Part shown: positions 44,701-55,211 of the stretch, one piece after another
Numbering within the stretch: the stretch's first letter is position 1
How the letters are laid out: every line of letters starts with the position of its first letter
Assembly: GCA_044892525.1 (NCBI GenBank)
Contig: CM097885.1
Span: forward strand, 53,012,001 to 53,076,000
Source of the DNA: Schmidtea polychroa
Lineage: Eukaryota
DNA length: 64,000 nt
Direction: 5' to 3'
The notes under the pieces: model-generated
The model's database searches: none
Seen by the model: only the letters and a program-made list of their open reading frames with translations
Told to the model about the DNA's origin: nothing
Made by a program: the position numbers and the translations under genes

Positions 44701-45693
44701 AACATTTATAATTGCTCCTTTAGATTTCAAATCTGCAGGTGTACGAATGTAACTATGACCAGATAGGCGACAAATAGGAGCAAATTTAGTCAGAATGAAA
44801 TCGATCTCTAAGATATTAATTACTCTCCAGCCACTACCTAAATAGGTAAACTTTTCAATTTTTTCGTTTAACTTATTAACCCCCTCAATTAAAAAGTTAT
44901 CCGAAAAGATCTCGGCTTTATTTGAAAAGTAGTTGTCACGGATTTCCCCATCTTTTTCAAATCTTATAAGAATAGCGAATTGAATTTTGACGCTACCCAT
45001 GTTATTTATTTCAGATGTTAACTTTTCAGTGATCCTATCCGTTATTATAATTTTAATTAATTGTGAATCGGCAATATCAAATCGAATAGTTCGAATGGCG
45101 CCATTTAAATTTGATTCTATTATCGGCTCAATCGCTAAAGATGATCCACCTATTTGATTTATAGTATTTATAGTATTATCATTATTTATATTTTCATTTA
45201 TAGTATTTATAGTATTAATATTATCATTTATAATATCATGATTTATAGTATATATAATATTATTACATTCGTCATCACTGAGTAGAATGACTTCATTTTT
45301 AATAATTTCGTCGTCACTGATCTCAATGACTTCAGTTTTTATAATTTTATTTTTAATTTTAGACACCCTATGTTCAGCAGGTCTTTTATTAGATTTCTTT
45401 TTTGTGTTATTATTTAAAATATTTACAATTTCAATGTTATTCTTATTTATTATTTTAAACAGTTCTTTTTTATTTGTTTTGAAAGAATTTAAGTGCTGAG
45501 AATGTTGACTATAAAATTCCTTATACCTTACACTCTGGGAAGTTTTGCATATGGGGCAAATAAAAAAGTTGATGCCATTAAAAGGTTGGCGATAATATTT
45601 CTTCATATTTTTGTGGCATATCAAACTATGTCCGATTGACGATACACAGTATCGTGGGTATAATGGACCTGATAAATTATAAATATATATCAA
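41737..45693 (-). CDS. Protein-primed family B DNA polymerase; true start uncertain, likely splice acceptor at 45669
   Basis: Exonuclease motifs VIYADFES, FHNLRGYD; EndoVII-like insert CYLC...VRDHDHFTG.YLGAAC..CN; polymerase motifs YIDINNLYG, K.YNNSLYGK, GDTDS. Confidence 0.96.
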   Translation of the reverse strand: MIYIYNLSGPLYPRYCVSSIGHSLICHKNMKKYYRQPFNGINFFICPICKTSQSVRYKEFYSQHSQHLNSFKTNKKELFKIINKNNIEIVNILNNNTKKKSNKRPAEHRVSKIKNKIIKTEVIEISDDEIIKNEVILLSDDECNNIIYTINHDIINDNINTINTINENINNDNTINTINQIGGSSLAIEPIIESNLNGAIRTIRFDIADSQLIKIIITDRITEKLTSEINNMGSVKIQFAILIRFEKDGEIRDNYFSNKAEIFSDNFLIEGVNKLNEKIEKFTYLGSGWRVINILEIDFILTKFAPICRLSGHSYIRTPADLKSKGAIINVKNKDHKCFLYSILALLKKDEIGSHPERVSKYENLLNILNYNEVTDCPMKLCNIPKFEKKNLDLNLAINVLAYTPTVIVDDDQVPNDYVFKHPHLNIIHRSTVTGGTPIYLLLLENKDNYHYTAVTNITRLMNCHRNNDCSIQIRCKWCPHCLNGFRMDNAFTKHVALCSKNQTGTTLYTLPENKYLVFQNHSKRITPPFVIYADFESVLPKDVKHHQIHLPISAGLLLINNLNNRKSYYEFYGLDCIPQFLKKVEQIAVTIVLPYYELEGKKRLGPMTFAEERQFKSCRNCYLCKKVLSLAVRDHDHFTGNYLGAACRKCNMARRIYKQLPIVFHNLRGYDLHHILKYGLNGFPSWNLDIIPTSTEKFISMIVHIKKLAVRFIDSIQFVNCSLAKAVKTLTDLPLTSSVFDRLIIDAKAIFPYDYATDLDVLETTYELPPIWSGVTEDEYAKAQLIWTQQRCTKLADYMLTYQKLDVFLLADYFQQFRAKAIAYNGLEPLNFYGIPGMSWASALMTLTEPIELLQDMEMFNFYEEGIRGGLTFVNKHYVAASDNTELLYIDINNLYGWALSQNLPFADFTWVYDGLNDVLLECMNADIEILPYGYTIEVDIDIPEIFHDFLNDFPLAPEKMCPPSSKVEKLMLTHWPKKNHVLHWRLLKLYLSLGAKVVHIHRAIKFKQAPIFKNYINKNTQLRAEASSELYRDLFKLYNNSLYGKSVENLKKRLNLRLCNSAEKLITYSSKPSFRKTIKIDDLFGVHLNKESICLDRPSYIGQSVLDLSKLRMYQLQYIELAKYRSQFNCDINIVAGDTDSFFLEVKNVKLDVLLPAMISDDLLDTSNYDPSHPLYSRRLDSVIGKFKDESKGVGYSEWVFLRPKCYSLLGNKSSMRAKGVKLPGTDIKHQSYLDCYNNNTVISVPQTRIGTRNHQLFTFKNSKIALTNHDDKRAWVEKNSSFAYGHYLGVDVIDNDDNDIQSGADPDLINQHLQD

Positions 45694-46006
45694 ATATATT
45701 TATAAATTATTGAAAAAATATTAATCATAAAAAGTGTATCCATAATGTAATTTATTGTAGAGTTATTGCAATGTTCTTATTCAATATTATTATCATGTAT
45801 TTATTGATATTTATGTGGGGCATTTATTTTTCTATTTTAAACATTAATTTATCATGACTCTCATTTCGATAGTTAGTTTGAATATCGAAATAAACAAACA
45901 ATTTGTTTTTGATATTTTTATATTTAATTATTTTGGGTACTTACTTTATAATTATATATCTGACAGTAATATGACAATTATAAGTGACAATTATATATAT
46001 ATATAT

Positions 46007-46607
<601 letters not shown>

Positions 46608-46814
46608 ATCAGAAGACAATAGTTGCATGCTGACTGCAAACTATATGACGATAGAAAAAAAAATTAGCATAAGTATGTATATACTGTGTATTTTATATAC
46701 ATACTTATATACATCATATACTGACATTATAGTATTAATATTTATTTATATACATTTAAAGCTTATAAAATAAACTTAAAAATAAACTTTATAAAAAATA
46801 TCCTTAAAAATAAA

Positions 46815-47231
46815 TTAATACTGACAAGTCTCCTTCAAATCTGTTTCCTCCCCAATAGAAACGGGGGCATTAATTTCTCTTTCCTCCTCAATAGAAACGG
46901 TGGCATCATTTTCTGTATCAATAATAATTTATTAAATAATTTAATAAATAAATAAATAAATTTACCTAAAACATCGTCCTCAATAATAATAATTGAAGCA
47001 TCGTCATCATCTTCAATTGTTATTGGTTCTAAGACAATAATAATATTAATAACTCAAATTTAAAAAATTCACCGAAAATATGTTCCAAATCCAACAGTTC
47101 TTCATTTTCAGACACATCATACCAATCTAAATTATCTGAAAATAAATAATTAGAAATATTAATAATAATAATAATAAATTACCATTGCTGTTCTTTAAGA
47201 GAGCACGTAAAATATTACTGGAATTGTTCAT
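46815..47231 (-). CDS. Spliced acidic tandem-SIM-like microprotein (Mav-B), 90 aa, 4 exons
   Basis: Exons 47183-47231, 47073-47135, 46966-47028, 46815-46912 with phase-1 introns give an open 273-nt frame. Absent from the ORF track. Confidence 0.78.
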
Positions 47232-47484
47232 CGAATTTTTGGATTTTGATTTTTCAGAGACAACTTTACGAACTTATATAAATAATAAGTTTATATAAAC
47301 CTGCAAAATTGACATTTTAAACAAATATTTATTCTAATTACTTGCGAATCCGGTCAGTCTTAGAATAAAGTACAATTAAATTTATTATTATTATTACCAT
47401 TACAATTACTATTAATCATGTACGGATCATGCACCGTGCATGACTGAATTTTTTAATATTCTAATAATATAAAAATAATAAAAC

Positions 47485-47568
<84 letters not shown>

Positions 47569-47617
47569 CATAATAATAATTATAAAATAATAAAAACACA
47601 TTTTATAAAAACATTTA

Positions 47618-47994
47618 TTATTTAATAGACATAAGCCATCCTAAACAATGTTGTCCGGACGTACGAGTTAAAGGGTGTTGATACATTGTTTTATTATATA
47701 CAATAGGTTTGCCCATTGTTTGTAGTTTCGAAACCAATAAAGCAGGATAATAGAAACCCATAGGATCGAATACATGTATCTTATCTGGTTTCATATAGAT
47801 TGCAATCCAATGCTCTCCGCCGAGATGAGATGAATGGGTATTGACGATTATGGCTTGATTATTTTTCAAAAATGGTATTTTATCGAGAGGAAAAACTCCT
47901 AAAAATTCATTTCCTAATATTTGTTTTCCAATTCGATTAACCTGAACAGAACTATTTTAATAAATTAAACAGTATAAAAAACAACTTACTCCAT
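47618..47994 (-). CDS. Adenain-like protease (Mav-B), 112 aa, presumed catalytic Cys replaced by Ser
   Basis: 5-nt first exon (47990-47994), 38-nt intron, GEHWIA, FDPMG, TSGQHC versus TCGQHC in Mav-A. Confidence 0.85.
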
Positions 47995-48021
47995 GACAAC
48001 TTTCTGTATTTCTGTATACAT

Positions 48022-49245
48022 TTATACCAGAACGGTTCTATTTGCAGTAATTTGAACTTCATTTTCAAATACTCCATATATTATAACATGCAAAGGTTCT
48101 GTAATAGCTTTTGCAAACTTTATATCTAATCGTAAATTTCCATTTTGAGGTAATTGACTCTGATTCAAATCAAAATCTGGGGCCAAAACAAATGTAAAGA
48201 ATGGATATTTGGTTTTGAATTCTTCAAGAGTTATGCCGCAATTCAAATTTTTATCTAAATATCCCATATTTCTAACAATACTCTGCATATATGTAGCACA
48301 GTAATTGTCACTATCGAAATCTTGAGTATATGTTTCTCGATAATCAGTATTTTTCGACAAAGTTAGAGATGTAACACCAAAGGTTTTGAAAATTGAGCTT
48401 GAGGCACTATATGAACCATTATATTGTGCTTCACCTTGAAATGTTACCAGAATAAAGTTTGGCATTCTTCTATCTCCAAATATTTGTTCCTTATAGAATG
48501 AAGAAGCACCTTTGGCTATTGCAAATGAAACAATTTCTTTTGTTTTCAGAGGATAGATTGCATGCTTAGAATTAAGACCCAACTGATGACCTGCTAATAC
48601 CGATGGATCAACTCGAACTCTTCTTACTAGTAATTTTGCATCAACTAATTGACATATTGGTTGACCAGCACCACTAGTTAATGATAAAGAAGAATCGGTT
48701 CTTTTCAGTCTAATGTGTACATTGACTCCTGGAAGTAAATATTTTGGTTGATCCATAAAATCGAGTTGTAATGATGAACACATGGTGAAAATCTTTGAGC
48801 CTTTAATCCATTTTTTCCGTTCGTCATCACTTGCTGCATAACCCATAGGAGTAAGACATGTATTTTTGGTGTCGGTATTATAATTTAAAATAGTTTCTAT
48901 TATCGCCTTGTGGATATATGTATTGTTGCCACCTTCAATCTTGATATTATTAAATCCAAGAATAGCATCTTTAAAAAGTGTATGAAACAAAAAATTATTA
49001 GGTATTGTAGCATCAGCATCACCCAAAGCCTTTTTATCTTTATCTATAACCTTGATTTGAACAGTCAATAAAGTATCATTCAAATCTAAATATTCTGTTT
49101 GAGAACCATTGATGTAAAATTCTACATCATTTCTACTATCAGTAATTTAATTCATAGGAAAAACTTCCTCAAATGCCCCAAATTCTATTACAGCCTGGGG
49201 CGATGGTCTATCAAATATACATAATTCAGATTTACCACAAATCAT
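48022..49245 (-). pseudogene. Major capsid protein (Mav-B) with premature TAA at 49147-49149
   Basis: Colinear with the Mav-A MCP; TCA(Ser) is TAA here. Confidence 0.88.
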
Positions 49246-49604
49246 TTTGCAAATATAGTTCCATGTCCTTTCATTCGTTTGCTTATACGTGATATTCCAT
49301 GTCTTTTACGTTTTGGAGCTGGAGCTGGAGGCGTATCTTTTTGAAACATACCTGTAACCCCGGGTAAAACTTTCCCTAATTCAGCTAAAGCATTTGTTTT
49401 TAGAGATGGTAATATTTTCTGTTCATTCATAATAACATCTTTTGCAGTTTTCATACCAAAACTACCAATACGTTTAAGAATAGGCAATGCAAATCTACCA
49501 ATTGTTCTCAACCATCCCGATCCGTACTGTTTACCAATAAAATATGGTAATTCGCCACCAGATTGGCTATCACTATACATACTAATAATATCAGAATTAG
49601 CCAT
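49242..49604 (-). CDS. PW-like small virion protein (Mav-B), 120 aa
   Basis: Nearly identical to 24125-24493. Confidence 0.75.
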   Translation of the reverse strand: MANSDIISMYSDSQSGGELPYFIGKQYGSGWLRTIGRFALPILKRIGSFGMKTAKDVIMNEQKILPSLKTNALAELGKVLPGVTGMFQKDTPPAPAPKRKRHGISRISKRMKGHGTIFAK

Positions 49605-50664
49605 CTACTTTACGAAAATGTAATGTCAAATGTGTTTTTGAACCTTTTGGAAAGTTTATAAGTTTTCCACTATCATCACGAATATTTATTTCTATATTGT
49701 TTATACATGAACTTGCTATTGGTAAATACATGGGATTATCGATATTTATATTGACAACTTCATCATGTTCATATTTTCCAATCCATACCGATTTCAAAAG
49801 AGGAACACTGGAATCACCAACAATTATGGGTTCGATAATGTTAGTATATATGAACATTTGTTGATGATGTTCTAGTATTCTTGGTTTGCGTATACCAGTC
49901 GATTTTTCTCGATATTTTTGCCTATCTAATCCAAGTGAATTTGCCAAATTTTTATCAAATGTAACTTCGCAAATATCATCATTCAAACTGAAGGTAAACA
50001 TCAAATCTTTCACAATTTCCAAATTTTTAAATATGTGTGAACAATTGAACTTTAAATATTTAAGTAAATCATCAAGTTTATCAAAATATAATTCATCAGC
50101 AAAGGTAAATGATTCTTCAACTTCATCATTATACGATACAGATATTTTGATTTCTTCTTTCATTACACTGTTTGCTTCAAATAGATTAAAACGTAATAAA
50201 TACTCGGTCTCCGTAACAATATTTTTCAACTTATTGCAACCCATTCGTTTGGCATCTTCAAAAGTTTCGAATGTTATTGTAAATGGTTTAAAATCACAAC
50301 TGATATTTAATCCATCCTTGTAAAATATATAGAAATGCGAATCTAATATTTGGTTCGGAATATGATATGTTTTATCATAATTACTAATAATAAAGATACC
50401 ACTACATGTTTTCACAATATTCCTTTTGAAATCAATCTTACATTGACTATAAAATGGGAATGTATTGTACACGAATGTAAAATCTTGCAGTGCAACTTCC
50501 CAGTCACCATTTAAAGAAATCGGATTCTGGAGATTGACCATAAATTTACTGGCTTGATTGTCTGGATGAATTAATGGGCAACTATTGCTCGGTAAAATAG
50601 TATAAAAATTCACTTTACTAGGTCCTTTGCTGATATCCATGACGGGTTTTGATAACCATGCCAT
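49597..50664 (-). CDS. Minor capsid/penton protein (Mav-B)
   Basis: Nearly identical to 24486-25553. Confidence 0.88.
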   Translation of the reverse strand: MAWLSKPVMDISKGPSKVNFYTILPSNSCPLIHPDNQASKFMVNLQNPISLNGDWEVALQDFTFVYNTFPFYSQCKIDFKRNIVKTCSGIFIISNYDKTYHIPNQILDSHFYIFYKDGLNISCDFKPFTITFETFEDAKRMGCNKLKNIVTETEYLLRFNLFEANSVMKEEIKISVSYNDEVEESFTFADELYFDKLDDLLKYLKFNCSHIFKNLEIVKDLMFTFSLNDDICEVTFDKNLANSLGLDRQKYREKSTGIRKPRILEHHQQMFIYTNIIEPIIVGDSSVPLLKSVWIGKYEHDEVVNINIDNPMYLPIASSCINNIEINIRDDSGKLINFPKGSKTHLTLHFRKVDG

Positions 50665-51239
50665 TTGACATAGTATTGTTTATCCTTACCGACCTTTTTA
50701 GTTTTCAATATTTTTTGAATTCTAAATACCTTTGGAGGAGGAATGACTTGTAATTCCTGCTCATAAAATTTCCCTTGTACAATATTATTATCACTGTCTT
50801 TGATGACATACATTACAGGATTCTGTTTAGTATTTATTTTTGAAATTACAAAGACTTCATCACTCCAATTTGTATCAAAATTTTTAATAAATGGTGATGC
50901 ACTAATTTTACTAATTCTAACACGATCACCGACTTTATATTTAGGTTTTGCAATTTTTACAGATTTCTTAGAATAGAATGTTTTTGATGTAATATCAACC
51001 GGTCTCAATCCATTCAGTCCTCGATGTGATGAATGATTATAACTTGTTATTATTTTCGGTAAAGCATTTACCCATTTTTTATTACCTTGATGCACGAATA
51101 ATTTCTTTAATCTATCTCTCAGTGTTCGATTAAATCTTTCAACATGGGCAGCTTTGTATTGAGAATGTACCGAGTAGTGATTTATTTTCAGTTTATCGAG
51201 TATTTGCTTAACTTTGCTATTGTAGAATTCTTTACCTAA

Positions 51240-51304
<65 letters not shown>

Positions 51305-51692
51305 CCAAATCTGTTTGCAAGTTATTAGGATGTCCATCTTTAAATAAAATATTAATTGCCTTTGACATTTCATCTGCAGATTTTGCCTTGATTGGTATTG
51401 CTCGTGCAAACCTGCTGAATACATTAATACATGTTAAAATATATTTATTCCCATTGTTAATTTTCGAATACGGTATCATCTCCATCAAATCCATTTGCCA
51501 TAAATCGTCAATACCAAATGTTTTATAGGCTCTTGTTGGAAATCTTTTCCGCATTGGTTTGTTCAAACTGTACGCAAGCTGATCTGATAACCACTTCTGG
51601 GTTTCTTTTTTCGAATTCGGAACTCTTTTGTTTAATTTTGCCACTCCACCGAAACCGGCTTCGTCTTCTGGGTTCGTCCAAATCTTCTCCAT
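50610..51692 (-). CDS. Integrase + chromodomain (Mav-B); intron 51236-51304
   Basis: WQMDL, QTDLG|KEFYN, VERFNRTL, YYVKWHGY. Confidence 0.93.
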
Positions 51693-51753
51693 TACAGCAA
51701 GAAGATTTAAAATTTAAATTTAAATTAGGTAATGAAGGATTAGCACCCATTGT

Positions 51754-52286
51754 TTATGATTGATTTCCTACAACTCCACCTAATAATGATAATGCCAGAG
51801 GTATCAATGCACCAATAAATCCACCTTGTTGTTTATATATAATTTTCCTCATTTGCTTACGATTTTTATTATTTACTAATGATAACAAAGGTTTCCTATG
51901 TTTGCTCAATAAATTTTTTTTTGATTTACTGATTTTAATTTTGCCTTTGACTACTTTAAGTATAATATTGAGTAAATCATCGACAACAAAATTTTGGAAT
52001 GATTGCAATATATTCATTCTTTTCATACTCGGGGCCTTTAACAATGCATTAAAAAATGGAAAACTGCGATGATTTTTAATTACTTTTTACCGGCTTTACG
52101 GGTTTTACGGGTTTCACGTTTAGGTTTAGGATTTTTCGAAATAAGATTCATTGCAGAGAAATTTTCAGTTACAAATTTTTTAGATGGTGTATAACTAGTT
52201 GTTGGTGGAACCTTTGGAACTTTAATACTCTTTCTAATACTTTTTCTTAATTTCCTAATATTTTTCACCCTTGCTTTTAGAAACAT
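51754..52286 (-). pseudogene. pX-like basic core protein (Mav-B), frameshift near 52085
   Basis: Two ORFs colinear with 26676-27209; one base is missing from an A run. Confidence 0.7.
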
Positions 52287-52304
52287 TATTATTCATAGAG
52301 GTTT

Positions 52305-52930
52305 TCAACTTTGTTTATAAACCATGGCACCTTTTGGGTTGAAAATATTTGTTTTTACTCGTAATCATCGGGACATTGTTGTGTGAAATCAAGAAATATA
52401 TATCCATGAGGTATTTTTGTAGCATCTTGAAATGCACTGATAAGAAAATTACGATTGTTAGGGTATGCTTGACGTGCAAGAAAATCAATCACTGTTGCAT
52501 CTCTAGGATTCTTGAAAATAACTAAATATTGTACATTTAAATTACGTGTTCGATGTGCACCACCTTGATGAAATAGATTTTGAGTTATAAAAATAACAGT
52601 TACACCAATGTGTCTACTGATTTTAGTAAATAAATTATTGAAATTCTTTTCTTTATTAGCTTCTTGATACAAGTCATCAATAATTATGACATATCCCTTC
52701 TTTAGTCTACTGGACCAATTTTTATCAAATCCCTCTACTATTTTCATATTTTTCAATTTACAGAAACTTGATTGAGTCAATCCGTGTTCTTGATCAGCAC
52801 CTCGATGCCAATAAATTTTGTTAAATTTTGATTCAAATAAATGTGATTTTAGTAATTTGCAAACAAACAAAGTTTTGCCGCTACCACTTGGTCCGACTAT
52901 TTGATATACAGCATCATTTCTTAGTTCCAT
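52305..52930 (-). pseudogene. Packaging ATPase (Mav-B), frameshift near the C-terminus (~52363)
   Basis: Walker A/B intact. PDDYE* versus PDDLRVKTNIF in Mav-A. Confidence 0.88.
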
Positions 52931-52998
52931 TTTTAATATTTATTTAAAAATTAATTTTGTTTATATCGTAAAGAATAAATTGATTTAATTACTCTATA

Positions 52999-53047
<49 letters not shown>

Positions 53048-53073
53048 TTGATTTTTATAAATATTCAGTAGAA

Positions 53074-53586
53074 ATGTTGACAAATATTAATTATAGAGGT
53101 CGTGTGTCTTTGGAAACTGTTGGTATGATGAATTTCCCCAAGTGTAAACCACAACAATATGTCGACAAAACTGGAAAATATACTATTATATTTTTCAAAA
53201 ATGGTAAATGTCGTATAATGGGTTGTAAGAAGCCTATCAAATTCAAGAATTTGCAATATAATATCAAAGATATTCAAGTTCAAAGTCTTATTATAGCTAC
53301 CAAGGTTGAACAATCTATTAATTTGAATAATTTAGCAAAGTTATTAGATGGAGATTGTATATATGAGCCTGAATTATTTCCCGCTCTGCGTTATACAAAA
53401 TATAATCCACTATGTGTAAATATATTTTCGAGTGGTAAAATAGTTGTACTAAGTATTAAAAATTTAGATTTTCATACTATTGTTGAAGGAATTATAAACA
53501 ATGTAAAGGATTTGATTGGATCTTTAACAATTTCTTCAAATATAAGTAATGAGGATTTGCTTGAATATTTATTCAACAATGATTGA
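53074..53586 (+). CDS. Divergent TATA-binding protein (TBP)-like protein, intact, 170 aa
   Basis: LTNI...TIIFFKNGKCRIMGCK (repeat 1); IKDIQVQSLII...INLNNL...YEPELFPAL...IFSSGKIVVL (repeat 2), matching TBP YEPELFPGL...IFVSGKVVLTG. Confidence 0.85.
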   Translation: MLTNINYRGRVSLETVGMMNFPKCKPQQYVDKTGKYTIIFFKNGKCRIMGCKKPIKFKNLQYNIKDIQVQSLIIATKVEQSINLNNLAKLLDGDCIYEPELFPALRYTKYNPLCVNIFSSGKIVVLSIKNLDFHTIVEGIINNVKDLIGSLTISSNISNEDLLEYLFNND

Positions 53587-53947
53587 ACATGAAGGTAACT
53601 GTTTTTATTTTAAATTTACTGATTTTTGTTTAGAAACTATACTAAAAATTTTGATTGATAAAATTGAAGATTTTTATCCGAATTTGAACAATTCCTTAAT
53701 GTATTGTGCTCCAGAAGTTGTGTTTTACAAAATTTATGAAATAACTGGAATAAATGTAATAGATTTAATTCATATTGGTCATGCTACGATTACATGTTAT
53801 ACCGATAATGTTGAAAATTGTGATTTTTGTAAAAATAATATGCAGAATACTAGTGGGGATGATAGTTGTACATGTTTTGTAAATCTACAGAAACGAGAAA
53901 TAATTCATGCATTACTTGTGGAATTGCGAAAAAATGTATTGTTGTAA
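53579..53947 (+). CDS. Unknown Cys-rich protein (Mav-B), homolog of 28468-28885
   Basis: LKILIDKIEDFYPNL / APEVV resemble LEVMINRIKYYYPQI / EPEII; same position after the TBP-like gene. Confidence 0.62.
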   Translation: MIEHEGNCFYFKFTDFCLETILKILIDKIEDFYPNLNNSLMYCAPEVVFYKIYEITGINVIDLIHIGHATITCYTDNVENCDFCKNNMQNTSGDDSCTCFVNLQKREIIHALLVELRKNVLL

Positions 53948-54149
53948 TAAAATATAATTATATTTGTTTTGTGATAACCTTAACTAACCTATAATATTTC
54001 TTTGTGTACAATAAATCATTTCAGACTTTGTTATTTAGCATAAAATGAACTAGTTGATCACGTTTTGATCATGCCTGTCACTTGAAACTTGTTTACAATG
54101 AAATTAGTATAAAATATCTGGTTCAAATTATTAAATATTATAACTACAA

Positions 54150-54741
54150 ATGGATAATCAAATTACAGGTTTTTTGTCGTTTACACATATTCCATTTATT
54201 AGTTTTTTAATCTAGGAGTTTTGAAGAGAAAAAATGCAGATGCCGCTCAGGAATTCGGAAAACGGAAATTTAAAGAAGCGACATTATCCTCGGAAACCTT
54301 GGTCAATGTTCGAGTGGATACAAAAAAGCCAGTCGAATTCATGCAATACAAACTAAATTATTTGTATTGTCCAATTTCCTATACATTTAAGGTAAGTTTC
54401 TATAAATTATTTTGGATTTTATTATTATTATTTATTGTTAGGAACCAGTAACTCTGGAAAAATGTTTCTACAATGTGAGACTTTCCAAAATCAAGTTTCA
54501 TGACAAGATACTATTGGGACAATTATTTCAGAGGATCAATGAAAATATTGAATTTGATGATGAAGATATGTTCATTAGAAACGATTTGGATATGATTCCC
54601 AATGGTGGTAAGATGAGCAAAATAACCTGCATGGTTACCATATTAATTCAAGGGTATAATGTAAGCAGAGACCGAATCAAACCAATTTGGAAAATTATAA
54701 AAGCCGAAGATAAGTTTGAAGAGGAACATTGTTCATGTTAA
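54150..54741 (+). CDS. Unknown protein, possible OB-fold SSB (Mav-B), 3 exons (54150-54168, 54216-54391, 54442-54741)
   Basis: GT-AG introns of 47 and 50 nt join the ORF pieces in frame. C-terminus VTILIQGYNVSRDRIKPIWKII matches Mav-A ITIAIQGYKVDNNDVYFPIWKIM. Confidence 0.72.
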
Positions 54742-54813
54742 ATTTATTTAATACATCTTTATTAGTGTTTTGGTGTTTTTAAATCATTGAAAATAACTAA
54801 AGTTTCAAATTTA

Positions 54814-55139
54814 TTAATCTTCAATACAATCTCTTTTCATTATATTTTCAACAATATGATCAATACAATTAGTAGAAACAATAGATTCATCTTCTTTAGA
54901 TTCATTTGGTAATTTATCTGTTGTAGAATTCTCAATACACGACTTAAGTTATTCACTAGGCAAATCAGTATATTCATCTTCTTGCTGGGAAATATTTTCA
55001 GATTCATATGACATATCATCTTCATTAATTTCATCGTCTGAATACGGCCATTTTAATTTCTCTGGAACATTCATAAATTCTCTAATTTTTACATTAGATA
55101 TTTCCTCTAATTTTTCAATCAAAAAGTTGATTATATATG
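54814..55139 (-). pseudogene. Inverted, 5'-truncated homolog of the Mav-A acidic gene 29901-30277
   Basis: YIINFLIEKLEEISNVKI ... NCIDHIVENIMK with one internal stop. First exon not found; the TIR abuts the acceptor region. Confidence 0.7.
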
Positions 55140-55154
55140 CTAAATAAAAAAAAA

Positions 55155-55211
<57 letters not shown>

